A stretch of 64,000 bases of DNA from Candidatus Bathyarchaeota archaeon (GCA_963715865.1 OY970280.1:2272001-2336000), one strand, 5' to 3'. Counted from the first letter of the stretch, positions 28,628-38,714 are shown. The notes: generated by a model not told the origin, from the letters alone. Program-made: numbers and translations.

Positions 28628-29446
28628 TTACTGTTCAACGATGGCTTTTCCACCATTCGCCTCAACCAAAATGGCAAGCTGCCTCACGGCTTTTAGAAGC
28701 TTTTCCGCAGGCTTTTCTTTATTTTTGGCTGTAACAGTTAAGTGAATCTCGATATGAGGCTTATTTTCTACACCCAAAGGATGAGACTTTATGTAAACAC
28801 CCGCATTACCACTCATGACTTTGTCGATTAATGGAGCTAAATGCGATTCCATCATGTTATCCACAAACATGCTTCTTTCACAAAAAACCCTGTCGCCAAC
28901 GGCTTGTTTAAGCAACGACGCTATAGTTTCCGTAAAAATCGCTTCCATTTCTGAAGGTACACCTGGCAAAGCAAACAACACCGTTCCTTCCACATCGACG
29001 CGTACTCCGGGTGCAGTTCCAATTGGGTTGTTGATTGGTTCTGTTTTTTCCGGTAAGGTTGCCATTTTGACTCTGGCTGGTGTTAATTCAATTGATGTTG
29101 GGAGTTGCCTTTTTCTGGCATATTCCACGTATTTTCCCTTAACCATTGCTAACGCTTTCTGGTTGATTTCCAATTTGCGGTTTAGTGCTTTTGCTATGCC
29201 CTCTAACGTTTTATCGTCAAAAGTCGGCCCTAACCCGCCAGTTGTAATTATGAACTGCGGCTTTCGCTCTATGGCTTCGCGAATAATATTAGCTATTTCG
29301 TCAACAAGATCTTGTACTACTGTTATTCGCTTAACGTTTACTCCAAGATTTGTTGCCTGTTTAGACAGCCAATGAGCGTTTGTATTAAGTGTCTTGCCTA
29401 TTAGTAACTCGTTGCCTACACAGATTATTTCCATGGCTGTGGCCAT
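28628..29446 (-). CDS. cinA: CinA N-terminal-type (MoCF domain) protein with no PncC domain; start probably 29446 or 29434
   Basis: EIICVGNELLIG, NTNAHWL, TTGGLGPTFDDKT, NPIGTAPG, LPGVPSEM. Confidence 0.85.
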   Translation of the reverse strand: MATAMEIICVGNELLIGKTLNTNAHWLSKQATNLGVNVKRITVVQDLVDEIANIIREAIERKPQFIITTGGLGPTFDDKTLEGIAKALNRKLEINQKALAMVKGKYVEYARKRQLPTSIELTPARVKMATLPEKTEPINNPIGTAPGVRVDVEGTVLFALPGVPSEMEAIFTETIASLLKQAVGDRVFCERSMFVDNMMESHLAPLIDKVMSGNAGVYIKSHPLGVENKPHIEIHLTVTAKNKEKPAEKLLKAVRQLAILVEANGGKAIVEQ

Positions 29447-29540
29447 AGCATTCACATCGCGGGTCAAGTAACCGAAAATTATTCTTTTGTTGTTTATAGT
29501 GTTTGCTAACAAAACGTGTATAATACTTGGCTGAGCGGTT

Positions 29541-29744
29541 TTATTTCTTGCTAAGCCACCATTTGAGGTATTCTTTTCTGCGGTTTTCTTTCTCTTCTTC
29601 CTCTGTTTCTTCGCTTGGCCTATTCTTTTCGCGTAGTTCCATGAGTTCTTGCTGTGTCACTGATAAGCCGCAGCTTTTGCAAACATAGTGTTTGGTGGAC
29701 ATAACGTACTGCATTTCTCCGCCGCATTCAGGACAATATATCAT
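29541..29744 (-). CDS. Small zinc-ribbon protein with charged helical tail
   Basis: CPECGG...YVCKSCG followed by an E/K-rich helix. Confidence 0.75.
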   Translation of the reverse strand: MIYCPECGGEMQYVMSTKHYVCKSCGLSVTQQELMELREKNRPSEETEEEEKENRRKEYLKWWLSKK

Positions 29745-29842
29745 TCTATAGTCTCTCAGGGAAGTTTTATAGTAAATCGCTTTTGCAAAGATATTAGTCT
29801 TCGCATAGGTTTGAGTAATTTTAGCCTAAAAACTAGTGGCTC

Positions 29843-30886
29843 TTAGACGTGAGTGTACACTCTGTCACTCGTGTATTTTCCCGTATCCATTTCCTGCTCG
29901 ATTTCACGCAAAAGCAAAATGCGCTTAAACGTCGGCGGGTGGGTAGAAAACAAACTGTTCATTTGGTGCCATGTGCTTTTGGATTCTTTCTCCATCGCTA
30001 ATTCCAACTCACGCTCGTCCAAAACCCCATCGTGGTCTAAGTCGTACTCGTCTTTATGCTCCATGATGTGCTGGATTTCCTGTTTTGCTGCTGCTGGGTC
30101 TTCAATGTAGAATGCTCTGGCTCCTTCCGGCGCTTTGGGTGAGAGGGATAAGCCATAAGTGATTTTTGCCAAGGCACTTTCCAGTTCTCTAGGTGAACCT
30201 GTCACGTAAGCGGAGTAGGCATCAGCATAGTGTTCGCGAAGTCGGCTAAGTCTCATGACAATCAGGAATGTTAAAATGTAAATTATAAAGGCGATTACGC
30301 CGATTACAATTAATGCCGCACCTGAATTATCTTTACTGTTTCTTCGTCCACCGCTAAATGCACCTGCATATAGCGTTGCCTGTGCGATGAAGTATGCGAT
30401 TAATGGCAAGGCTGAGAGCACAGTCATAACGATGTAATCTTTATGTTTAACGTGGCCTAACTCGTGAGCTATTACACCTTTAACTTCGTTTTCATTTAAC
30501 TGCTTGAGGAGCCCTTCATGCACGGCTAAGGTGGCGCTGCTTGTGCTTCTGCCAAAAGTAAACGCGTTAGGGGTATTATTTGGAACTGTGGCTAACTTGG
30601 GCATGGGTAACCCGCTTTTGTCGGCTATTTCTTTAACTGTTTTTTCAAGCCATGGGTTCTCGCCAGGTTTAAGGTAATGCAGATGTGTTGTGGCTGCAAC
30701 AATGGCTGGACCTACTGCATACTGGAATAGTATGAAGAGTGCTGAACCGCCCAAAGCAACAGCTAAACCAATAAAAACATCCAGTTGCAAGAAGAAAACA
30801 ATTGCAAAAACGAGAAGACCAAATATGAAGGCTGATAAGAAAATCGAAAGCGCCATTGCAAACTTTAATTGTGACAGACTAGCCAA
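29843..30886 (-). CDS. htpX: M48 zinc metalloprotease with an EF-hand-like loop
   Basis: PNAFTFG, HELGH, REHYAD, STHPP; insertion DLDHDGVLDERE. Confidence 0.9.
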   Translation of the reverse strand: MASLSQLKFAMALSIFLSAFIFGLLVFAIVFFLQLDVFIGLAVALGGSALFILFQYAVGPAIVAATTHLHYLKPGENPWLEKTVKEIADKSGLPMPKLATVPNNTPNAFTFGRSTSSATLAVHEGLLKQLNENEVKGVIAHELGHVKHKDYIVMTVLSALPLIAYFIAQATLYAGAFSGGRRNSKDNSGAALIVIGVIAFIIYILTFLIVMRLSRLREHYADAYSAYVTGSPRELESALAKITYGLSLSPKAPEGARAFYIEDPAAAKQEIQHIMEHKDEYDLDHDGVLDERELELAMEKESKSTWHQMNSLFSTHPPTFKRILLLREIEQEMDTGKYTSDRVYTHV

Positions 30887-30996
30887 CTTTATGCCCTCCC
30901 GTAGTTTTCACAAGTACTAAAATAAAGAATTAAGTCTTTCTCAAAAAATTCACAAGAAACTGCATGAATTTTCAAACAAAAGAATAAAAAGAAAAT

Positions 30997-32007
30997 TTAG
31001 ATTGGGTAAGCTCCGCAAATCTTGCAGAACTGAATCTTTGTTTTCACATAGCTTTTGCATTTTGGGCACTGTATTCCGCCGTTGTCTGGAAAGACGTCTT
31101 TTGGTTTGCCAAACTTCTTGCGGAAATGCTCGTAGTATAGTAGTTGTTCTTTGTCTTGGATTTCCACGTCATCTTTTTCTTTTATTGCCTTCTTTTTCTC
31201 TGCAAAATCCTTGTCAGAAATCATGTCGTTGAAGTATGTTCTGAGCGTTTCTGTTCCTGTACCCTGTTCAAGTGGCGCTTTTGATCTCCAAATAATATCT
31301 TTAGGTATCACGTCCTCGTATGCCTTGCGAAGAATCCATTTGCTGTATTTTACGCCGTTGTACATGTTTATCTTAAATTTGATGGGGAGTTTCTTTGCCC
31401 AATCCATAAACAAGGGATCCATGTAAGGTGCCTTGATAGTCACTCCAAGAGACTCTGCCATGGGTAATGAAGAGAAACCCATCTCTGCCCACATTTCCTG
31501 CTGCTTCTGTGCAAATTCTTTTTCGGTCAGGTGAAATTGCCATGGGTAACCGAAAAGCTCGTCTAAAGCGTCGCCTGTGAATACGCTTTTTATTCCTTTA
31601 TCTTTAAAGATGGTTAAACCAATGTACACTGGTAAGCTGTTTCTGATTTCCATAGGGTCGAATTTTTTGAGTGCTTCAACAACTTTTGGGTAATATTTGA
31701 GTACTTCTTCGCGGTCAAACTGGTGGGTTTCATGTTTAAGCTTTAAGAGAGCAACCATTTTCTTCACGTATTCGGTGTCTTTGGGGGTTCCATGCTTGAA
31801 AGCTAAAGTGAGGCATGGAATGTCAGGTTTGTACTTTACTGCTTCATAAGCAATTATTTGGGTGTCTGTTCCAGCTGAAAACAAGAAGCCGTCAGCCATG
31901 TTTTTTTTGACAACTTTGTTTACTAAGGTTTTTACTTCTGGTAAGAGGTTGGTGTATTCTGATGGGTTTAGGGTCATTTTTTTCCCTCGCAATACATTGT
32001 TTGTCAT
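30997..32007 (-). CDS. Asparagine-synthase C-terminal-like (N-type ATP pyrophosphatase) protein with C-terminal Zn ribbon and no glutaminase domain; start probably 31977
   Basis: FSAGTDT PP-loop, TGDALDELFG, KWILRKAY, WRSKAPLEQG, CPKC...CKICG. Confidence 0.75.
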   Translation of the reverse strand: MTNNVLRGKKMTLNPSEYTNLLPEVKTLVNKVVKKNMADGFLFSAGTDTQIIAYEAVKYKPDIPCLTLAFKHGTPKDTEYVKKMVALLKLKHETHQFDREEVLKYYPKVVEALKKFDPMEIRNSLPVYIGLTIFKDKGIKSVFTGDALDELFGYPWQFHLTEKEFAQKQQEMWAEMGFSSLPMAESLGVTIKAPYMDPLFMDWAKKLPIKFKINMYNGVKYSKWILRKAYEDVIPKDIIWRSKAPLEQGTGTETLRTYFNDMISDKDFAEKKKAIKEKDDVEIQDKEQLLYYEHFRKKFGKPKDVFPDNGGIQCPKCKSYVKTKIQFCKICGAYPI

Positions 32008-32209
32008 CCATCCACTATTTAAAGGTTATCCGTATGCATACAAAAGCTAAAAAATAATAAACATCTGTGTTGAAAGTGAGCAAAATACTGAACAGACGAG
32101 GTCTCATAACGAAAAAATATCCATTAGCCTCAAAACAGCACATTTAAAAGTTCAAAACTGAAAGTCATAAACACAACCGCTCAAACACATTCAAAAGAGG
32201 ATTCACCCC

Positions 32210-32962
32210 TTGAAAACAAGCCTACTCCACATGAAAGTACGCAATTCCTTAGAAAACAATCTAAAGGCAGCCGAAGCAGCAATCCGCAAAGCCGCCAAGC
32301 AAAAACCAGCATTGATCGCTCTCCCAGAATACTTCGCTGTTCCAGGATGCATGGAAGACTTTATCTCAGCACAAAGTGTATCAAAAGAAACTTGCGTAGA
32401 AACCCTGAATTTTCTGGAGGAAATTTCTAAGCAGATACCTGATATTTATCTTCTCGGCGGTACAGTGCTTGAAGAAGACAGCGGAAAATATTACAATACG
32501 AGCACTTTATGGAAAAATGGTTCCCTTTTAGCCAAATACAAAAAGATAAACCCTATCAAAGCTGAAATTAAAGCTGGCGTTGCCAAAGGCGCCCAACCCG
32601 TTGTCGTCAATACAGAAATTGGCAAAATCGGCCTTTTGGTTTGTGCTGACATGTTTGACGCTGACCTTGTAAAACAAACTGCCGATTTAGGGGCTGAAAT
32701 AATTTCCCTTCCAGTCGCAGCGATGGGTACTCATCCAAGTGTTAAGGGTCACCCGTTAACTGAGAAGGTTGCTTTGGATAATGGCTTGTTTGTGCTTAAA
32801 GTTGGGAACGTGTGCTCAAGCATGAGGGGTGGAAGAAGCGCAATCATTGCTCCATGGGGCATACTTGGCGAAGTGTCCGATGCGCCTGAAGATTCGATAC
32901 TAACCGCAGACCTTGACATGCAACGGCTCAGAGAATACAGGAGAAAACTCAGTAAATCTTAG
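32210..32962 (+). CDS. Carbon-nitrogen hydrolase (nitrilase/amidase superfamily)
   Basis: E-K-C triad: LPEYF, YKK, LVCAD; GRSAIIAPWG. Confidence 0.9.
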   Translation: MKTSLLHMKVRNSLENNLKAAEAAIRKAAKQKPALIALPEYFAVPGCMEDFISAQSVSKETCVETLNFLEEISKQIPDIYLLGGTVLEEDSGKYYNTSTLWKNGSLLAKYKKINPIKAEIKAGVAKGAQPVVVNTEIGKIGLLVCADMFDADLVKQTADLGAEIISLPVAAMGTHPSVKGHPLTEKVALDNGLFVLKVGNVCSSMRGGRSAIIAPWGILGEVSDAPEDSILTADLDMQRLREYRRKLSKS

Positions 32963-33833
32963 CCCAATTATCAACGATTCGGCTCATTTCCTCAAACTTG
33001 TACTTTTCAAGCCAGCTCCGAAAATCAGTGTTTTGGACAGCAAACCTGCAGATTTGTTTAGCGTTCTCTGAGTCGTGCACTAAAAGAAGCACTGCATCCA
33101 GCTTGTGCCTGGAAACGTAAGCTAACGTTTTCAATAGCGCATCCATTTTCTCGTCGGTTGGCATTTCAGCGCTTAATTCTAAAACAACAGGCTTCTTTAA
33201 TGATGCTGCAAAGTCTCTTGCTAGCATGTCCACCCAGTACATAGTCAAATAATCTCTCGACGAAAGTGGCACATGGAAATAATCAACAAACTCCGCTATC
33301 GCATTTAAGTCTAAGCCGAATCTTTCTTTAGCAAGCACTGGGTCAGGGTAAATTTCAACCGCAAAAGTCTGCTTTACCCGCGCTCTGGCTTCTTGGACGA
33401 ATTTTGTTATTGTTTGGGCTCTCCACTGTGTCCAGTTAAAGCCGCTTTGTTTCCATAGTTCTACGCATCTGGGGCAAACGCAGAATTCTTGGTCCGGAAA
33501 GTGGTAGAGGTTCAAGGTTACGCCCATAATATTTTGTTTGCTTAGGCTTTCGATGTAGTCTAAAACTTTGGTTCTGTATTGAGTGTTCGTTGGGCAAACA
33601 AAATCAAAAGCCAAATTAGCTCTCCTATTTCTCCGCAACGCTGAACCAGTGTTTGAGACAGCGACTATGCTCGGATCTTCCCTGATGGCTTTAGCATCGC
33701 AAAACACGGTAACATCGTTCTGCATGCCTTTTGCGGCTGGAAAAACTTGTCCGTCTACCCATTTTGAGTAGTAAACGTGAAGGTCGAAGCCTTCGACTTT
33801 TTCTGGGGTGTATGTGACTAAGCCTACTTTCAT
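32949..33833 (-). CDS. Uncharacterised TIM-barrel-like protein, CxCxxC paralogue A
   Basis: FVCPTN, HF...FCVCPRC...W..WR; collinear with 35546-36445. Confidence 0.7.
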   Translation of the reverse strand: MKVGLVTYTPEKVEGFDLHVYYSKWVDGQVFPAAKGMQNDVTVFCDAKAIREDPSIVAVSNTGSALRRNRRANLAFDFVCPTNTQYRTKVLDYIESLSKQNIMGVTLNLYHFPDQEFCVCPRCVELWKQSGFNWTQWRAQTITKFVQEARARVKQTFAVEIYPDPVLAKERFGLDLNAIAEFVDYFHVPLSSRDYLTMYWVDMLARDFAASLKKPVVLELSAEMPTDEKMDALLKTLAYVSRHKLDAVLLLVHDSENAKQICRFAVQNTDFRSWLEKYKFEEMSRIVDNWAKIY

Positions 33834-33882
33834 GTTCTCTTACCAGATGCGCGCAACAAATATATTCTTGGCGCTTATTTAA

Positions 33883-34110
33883 TTGTTGATTCGCATGGAC
33901 AAGCAGCATAAATCATTTATCGTCATTGACACCGCTAAATGTGCCCCCTGCCCAGGGCTTATCTGTGTTGGCGTTTGCCCGCAGGGTGTTTTAGAGGAGG
34001 GTAAAAACAAAAAACCCCAAGCCATTGATGGCGTACCATGCACTCGATGCGGCGTCTGCGTAAACCTGTGTCCAGCGAAAGCTATTACTATAAATTCAGG
34101 CAAGCCCTAA
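33883..34110 (+). CDS. 2x[4Fe-4S] ferredoxin (start probably 33895)
   Basis: CAPC..LICVGVCP and CTRCGVCVNLCP. Confidence 0.88.
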   Translation: MLIRMDKQHKSFIVIDTAKCAPCPGLICVGVCPQGVLEEGKNKKPQAIDGVPCTRCGVCVNLCPAKAITINSGKP

Positions 34111-34130
34111 AAAGAAAATAGCTCGGGGGA

Positions 34131-35177
34131 TTGGCTGGCATGGAACAATTTAACCTTGCGGATAGCGTTAAACTAGTCATAAAAGATAATGTGCTAGCCG
34201 TATTATCTGATAAAGGCTTAATGACGGTTGGTTCAGCAATTTTTAACGGTGGCTTCAGTCAGGTTAAGGCTGTTCTTAACGTGGGCGTGCCAGAAGGATA
34301 TAATGACCGCTCCCTGCACCTTGACCCGCTAGCTCTCATTACCTCGTCTGCGGCGAAGCTTGGGTTAACTAAGGATTATCTTGCTATGGTCACGGCTGCG
34401 AAGGTTAAAAATTACAGTTTAGTTACAAAGAAAGCTGGCGATTTTTCAGTCAGCGTTGCCGCTACCGCAGGCTGCTCGCACGGCGAATCCTCAGGCGAAG
34501 AGATGGATGTTCAAGAAATCATAGGCACCATAAACATCATCGTCTTAATTGACGGGAACCCAACGGAAAGCTGCATGGTGGCTTCACTAATCACAGCCAC
34601 TGAAGCGAAGTCGGCAGCGCTGAGAGATTTTGATGTTCGAAGCAGGTACACTGGTGACTCAGCTACTGGCTCAATAACCGACAGTGTCACTGTGGCATCA
34701 ACCAGCCATGGCAAAACAATTGGCTATGGCGGTCCAGCGTCAAAACTGGGCAAATTGGTCGGGTATTGCACAAGGAAAGCTGTTACTGAAGCTTTAATCA
34801 AGCAGGAGCCAATTTGGGCTTGCCGAACAGTATTAGATAGGCTCAAAGAAAGGCATCTTCCGCTTGAGAAAATAGCCGCAGAATTATCAAAAGTCGATGG
34901 TTTAGCCGTTGATGAGAAGGCTTTAGCTGAGATTTTGAAGAACAAACCGCTTGCTAGCGCTTATTTGCTCGCGGCGGCAAAGCTGGATGACGATTTTAAA
35001 AAGAACCTGTTGCCCGCCGAGTTGGGGAAAGTGGATGAGTTAAGTAAATGCTTTGGCAACCTTGCCCGCTGTCAGCTGGATTGCTCTAAAGTGGCAGGTT
35101 ACGATTCGGTTGATTTGCCTCCGTTCCTGAAACATGCTTTAATCAATATCGTGAAGGAAGCTCTTTCCAAGAGTTAA
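34131..35177 (+). CDS. cbiZ: Adenosylcobinamide amidohydrolase-like protein with a ~120-aa C-terminal extension
   Basis: AMVTAA, ATAG, GTINIIV, TEAK, ATGSITD, GPASKLG. Confidence 0.8.
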   Translation: MAGMEQFNLADSVKLVIKDNVLAVLSDKGLMTVGSAIFNGGFSQVKAVLNVGVPEGYNDRSLHLDPLALITSSAAKLGLTKDYLAMVTAAKVKNYSLVTKKAGDFSVSVAATAGCSHGESSGEEMDVQEIIGTINIIVLIDGNPTESCMVASLITATEAKSAALRDFDVRSRYTGDSATGSITDSVTVASTSHGKTIGYGGPASKLGKLVGYCTRKAVTEALIKQEPIWACRTVLDRLKERHLPLEKIAAELSKVDGLAVDEKALAEILKNKPLASAYLLAAAKLDDDFKKNLLPAELGKVDELSKCFGNLARCQLDCSKVAGYDSVDLPPFLKHALINIVKEALSKS

Positions 35178-35339
35178 CTATGTTAATTTTCTAACATTAC
35201 ACGTTAGGGCAAGCGTGACGGTTTGTCTTGTGGTATTAAGTGCATTGGGGAATAGAGATTCAAAGGCTAGATATGTTCGATGGCCTAAAAGTTTTGTTCA
35301 AACAATCCAGCCAGTTAAAAGAAAGTTTGCGCCCGAAAA

Positions 35340-35397
35340 GACTATAGTAGTATAGTCAAAGTGAGTCCTAGCACCAAAGTTATAACTATTGGGCTAG
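35340..35397. promoter_or_regulatory. Two adjacent palindromes, candidate operators
   Basis: GACTATA-gtag-TATAGTC (35340-57) and CTAG..CCAA-AGTTATAACT-ATTGG..CTAG (35368-97). Confidence 0.4.
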
Positions 35398-35545
35398 TTC
35401 AAAATGTTTTGTGCATAAAGGAGAAGTATCTAGCTGACTTTCAAAAGTGCAAAATTGAAAAGTTGGCTTGACAAACTGAAAAGACTTAAATAACCTGCAA
35501 TTTTATTCGGTTATAAAAACGAGAGTTAAAATGGGGAATTAAACT

Positions 35546-36445
35546 TTGAAATTCGGCGTATTTCTCTATCAACCTGAGCCTGTTGAAGGCGTCGATTATA
35601 ACTTCTACCGCATAAAACCAGAATCAGGAACCGTGGGGAAACCAAACCCTAAAATGTACACTAACATCGCATGCTTCGGCGACAACGCCCTAGCAGCAAA
35701 ACGTCCCGAATTGATATCAATCTCTAAGGATGGTCCTGCTCTCCGCACGAACAAGAAGTACACTTTGCGCTGGGACGTTCTATGCATGACAAACCCTGAA
35801 GTAAGAGAGTACAACCTTAAACTAATAGCCGAATGCGCCAAAACAACACCGGGCATAAGCATCAGCAGCCAACACTTTGCTGAACGCGACTTCTGCGTTT
35901 GCCCACGCTGCGTTGAACAGTGGCGCCAGAGCGGTTTGAACTGGGTTGATTGGAGAGCAAAAACCGTAACGGAATTCCTCAAAGAAGTCCGAGACGTAGT
36001 TAAAAATAAGCCTTTATTCGTAAACTGCCTGCCTGACCCGTTGCTTGGCAAAGTACGATTCGGCTACGACTTCGAAGCCATGGCACAGTACGCTGACTAC
36101 TTCGTCATCCCAATGTTCAGCAAGTCTTACCCGACCCCGTGGTACTGGGAAACCATCGCAAGAGGCTACAAAAGCTTCCTCAAAAAACCAGTATTCGTAA
36201 ACTTCTACGTCCGAGGTCCAAACGAAACATGGGAAACAGTCGCACCCCACAGGCAAATAATGACGGTTGCCACAAGAGCAGCAAGAACAGGCATCGACGG
36301 AGTCATATTCCTAGCAGAAAAAGCCCAATGGATACAGGAGTTCCAAAAGAAAGTCGTCGCCGACAAAGAATGGCGAAAAGAACTCGAAGGCTACGGCGGC
36401 GATGAAGTATTGGAACTCTTCAACAGATGGGAAAAACTCTTCTAA
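35546..36445 (+). CDS. Uncharacterised TIM-barrel-like protein, CxCxxC paralogue B
   Basis: VLCMTN, HF...FCVCPRC...W..WR; collinear with 32949-33833. Confidence 0.7.
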   Translation: MKFGVFLYQPEPVEGVDYNFYRIKPESGTVGKPNPKMYTNIACFGDNALAAKRPELISISKDGPALRTNKKYTLRWDVLCMTNPEVREYNLKLIAECAKTTPGISISSQHFAERDFCVCPRCVEQWRQSGLNWVDWRAKTVTEFLKEVRDVVKNKPLFVNCLPDPLLGKVRFGYDFEAMAQYADYFVIPMFSKSYPTPWYWETIARGYKSFLKKPVFVNFYVRGPNETWETVAPHRQIMTVATRAARTGIDGVIFLAEKAQWIQEFQKKVVADKEWRKELEGYGGDEVLELFNRWEKLF

Positions 36446-36930
36446 AAACTTCCCAACCAATATTTTTTGCTTTGTAATTTTAACTATTTGTTTTTCTTCT
36501 AATCCATATGTTGCCTGGTCCTTGAGAGTCATCTTTATGGTGCTTTCGGTCGAACTCTTTATTTTAGAACGCTTCACTAAATAAAAGCATAAATCACCAT
36601 CCTAACAGGTTACGCTTCAACTTTTGGCAGTAAAACAAGCTAATAATTGATGCTTCTGCATGGAATTACCACTTTTTGCTCCTAGAAAACAACCAAACAG
36701 TGCCCTATGGCAGAGCATTGCGTTGCCAGGGTGAAACCTTCAAAATGCTGACAACAGCAGAGAGGGATAGGGATACCCTAATATTTGTTGACAGAAATCA
36801 ACAACAAAAATGCAATGCAGAAGTGCAATCCTTCCTCATTATGCTGCTTTAGTATTGGGTTATTTTATTTAGAAACCTATATAATGCATCTTAACGTCTA
36901 ACCACTCACTACAAAAGGGCGAATACACCA

Positions 36931-38316
36931 GTGAAAATTACTCTCATCAACCCCCCATACCCGCCAAACGTACATTCGCATCCACCCTTCATTCCACTAG
37001 GCATAGCTTACCTTGGCGCAGTAGCTGAAAAAGAGGGGCATGAAGTAAACGTTATCGATTGCCAAGCGGAAAGGCTCACTTATGATACTTTCCGACAGAG
37101 AATTAGCCAGCTCAACCCCGACATCATCGGAGCAACAGCCACAACACTCCTCTACAAATCAGCCATGAAGCTAATCAACATAGCTAAAGAAACACACCCA
37201 CAAGCAATAACAATGCTCGGCGGAAGTCACGGAACCTTCTGGGATGAAAACGCACTCAAAGAATACCCCAACCTAGACATCGTCGTACGAAGAGAAGGCG
37301 AAATCACCTTCATAGAGCTACTCAGCCAACTCCAAACCAACAGCAGCCTCAAAGACGTTTTAGGCATAACCTTCCGCCAAAAAGACGACACAATAGTACG
37401 CACACAAGACAGACCATTCACCCAAGACTTAGACGCACTGCCCTTCCCAGCACACCACCTTCTCCCACTCGACTCGCTAAAACGAATGGGCAAAATCCTC
37501 TTCCCACTAATCACCAGCCGCGGATGCGTCTACTGGTGCGACTTCTGCAGCACTGTGCGCATGTTCGGCAGAGGATACCGCATGCGAAGCCCCAAAAACG
37601 TCGTCGACGAAATGCAACTCATCCACGACAAATATAACGTCAACCAAGTAACATTTTACGATGACGCCTTCACAGTCAACCGCGACCGCGTCCTAAAAAT
37701 CTGCGAAGAACTCCACGCTCGGAAGCTCGACATGATTTGGGATTGTGGAACACGCGTAGATATGGTTGACCGTGAGCTACTCAAAACCATGCGCGACGCA
37801 GGATGCATAGCAGTTTGGCTAGGAGTAGAATCAGGCTCAGAAGCCATTTTAGGCGCAATGAACAAAAAAATAAAGCTTGACCAAACACGCCTAGCCTACA
37901 AAACAGCGCACAACGTAGGGTTAATGACGATTGCTAACGTAGTCTTGGGCTTTCCAGGTGAGACAGAACAAACAGCGCGGGAAACTATCCGCTTCGTCAA
38001 AGAATTAAACCCAGACGATGTCGGATTCTACGTCGCCACACCATACCCTGGAACACCCATGTACGAGCAAGTTAAGAAAAACGGTTGGCTACGCGTCACC
38101 GACTTCGACAAATACGACACAGCAGGACCAACATTCGAAACCCCATGGCTAAGCATGGAAAAACTTGCACAAATCCGCTACAAAGCCTACCAACAATTCT
38201 ACCTGCGACCAGGATACGTGTTTAAGATGATGCGCAAAGGCGGAACATACGGCATCTCAGCAGTAAAAACTTCAGGTGCTTACTTGCTCAGGGCTTTGCA
38301 CGTGAAGCTCTCTTAA
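36931..38316 (+). CDS. Cobalamin-binding radical SAM protein (paralogue 1)
   Basis: N-terminal B12 domain (PLGIAYLGA...GGSHGT), SRGCVYWCDFC, GVESG, PYPGTP. Confidence 0.92.
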   Translation: MKITLINPPYPPNVHSHPPFIPLGIAYLGAVAEKEGHEVNVIDCQAERLTYDTFRQRISQLNPDIIGATATTLLYKSAMKLINIAKETHPQAITMLGGSHGTFWDENALKEYPNLDIVVRREGEITFIELLSQLQTNSSLKDVLGITFRQKDDTIVRTQDRPFTQDLDALPFPAHHLLPLDSLKRMGKILFPLITSRGCVYWCDFCSTVRMFGRGYRMRSPKNVVDEMQLIHDKYNVNQVTFYDDAFTVNRDRVLKICEELHARKLDMIWDCGTRVDMVDRELLKTMRDAGCIAVWLGVESGSEAILGAMNKKIKLDQTRLAYKTAHNVGLMTIANVVLGFPGETEQTARETIRFVKELNPDDVGFYVATPYPGTPMYEQVKKNGWLRVTDFDKYDTAGPTFETPWLSMEKLAQIRYKAYQQFYLRPGYVFKMMRKGGTYGISAVKTSGAYLLRALHVKLS

Positions 38317-38580
38317 TTTTCTTATAAATACGACTACTGCAAAGACTAACACAAGTACGCTAAGAGAAATTGTTATTGAAGTGAAGTTCATCCCGATAGG
38401 TGAGAGACCTAAGAATAAGCCTACAAGCCCATCTAAGCCAAAACTTAATGCAACAGACAACACTATTTCTTCTACAAAATCAAGCTTGTTTCTATTCATA
38501 AACAAAATGTTAACTAAACAGTAACCTGGCAAAAATGCGACAAAAACAAAACCGAAAACATAACGAAAAACAACAAGCAA
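38272..38580 (-). CDS. DUF1616-like small membrane protein; the frame stays open upstream to about 38676
   Basis: FLPGY...EEIVLSVALS...GLFLG pattern. The upstream in-frame read WFEIIAGFTALTLLVTYLIP adds a further TM helix. Confidence 0.65.
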   Translation of the reverse strand: MLVVFRYVFGFVFVAFLPGYCLVNILFMNRNKLDFVEEIVLSVALSFGLDGLVGLFLGLSPIGMNFTSITISLSVLVLVFAVVVFIRKLRELHVQSPEQVST

Positions 38581-38714
38581 CGAGTCGCTTGGAATAAGAT
38601 AAGTTACAAGTAACGTTAAAGCGGTGAAACCAGCAATAATTTCAAACCATCTAAGCGGTTTCAGTTTATAGACACTTCAAAAAATTAAAACAATAAAAAA
38701 TAAAGGAAGGAGTT

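Noticed and set aside
35178-35545. Cobalamin riboswitch near cbiZ
   Set aside because: I could not find the conserved B12-box or core motifs by eye; an Infernal scan would be needed.
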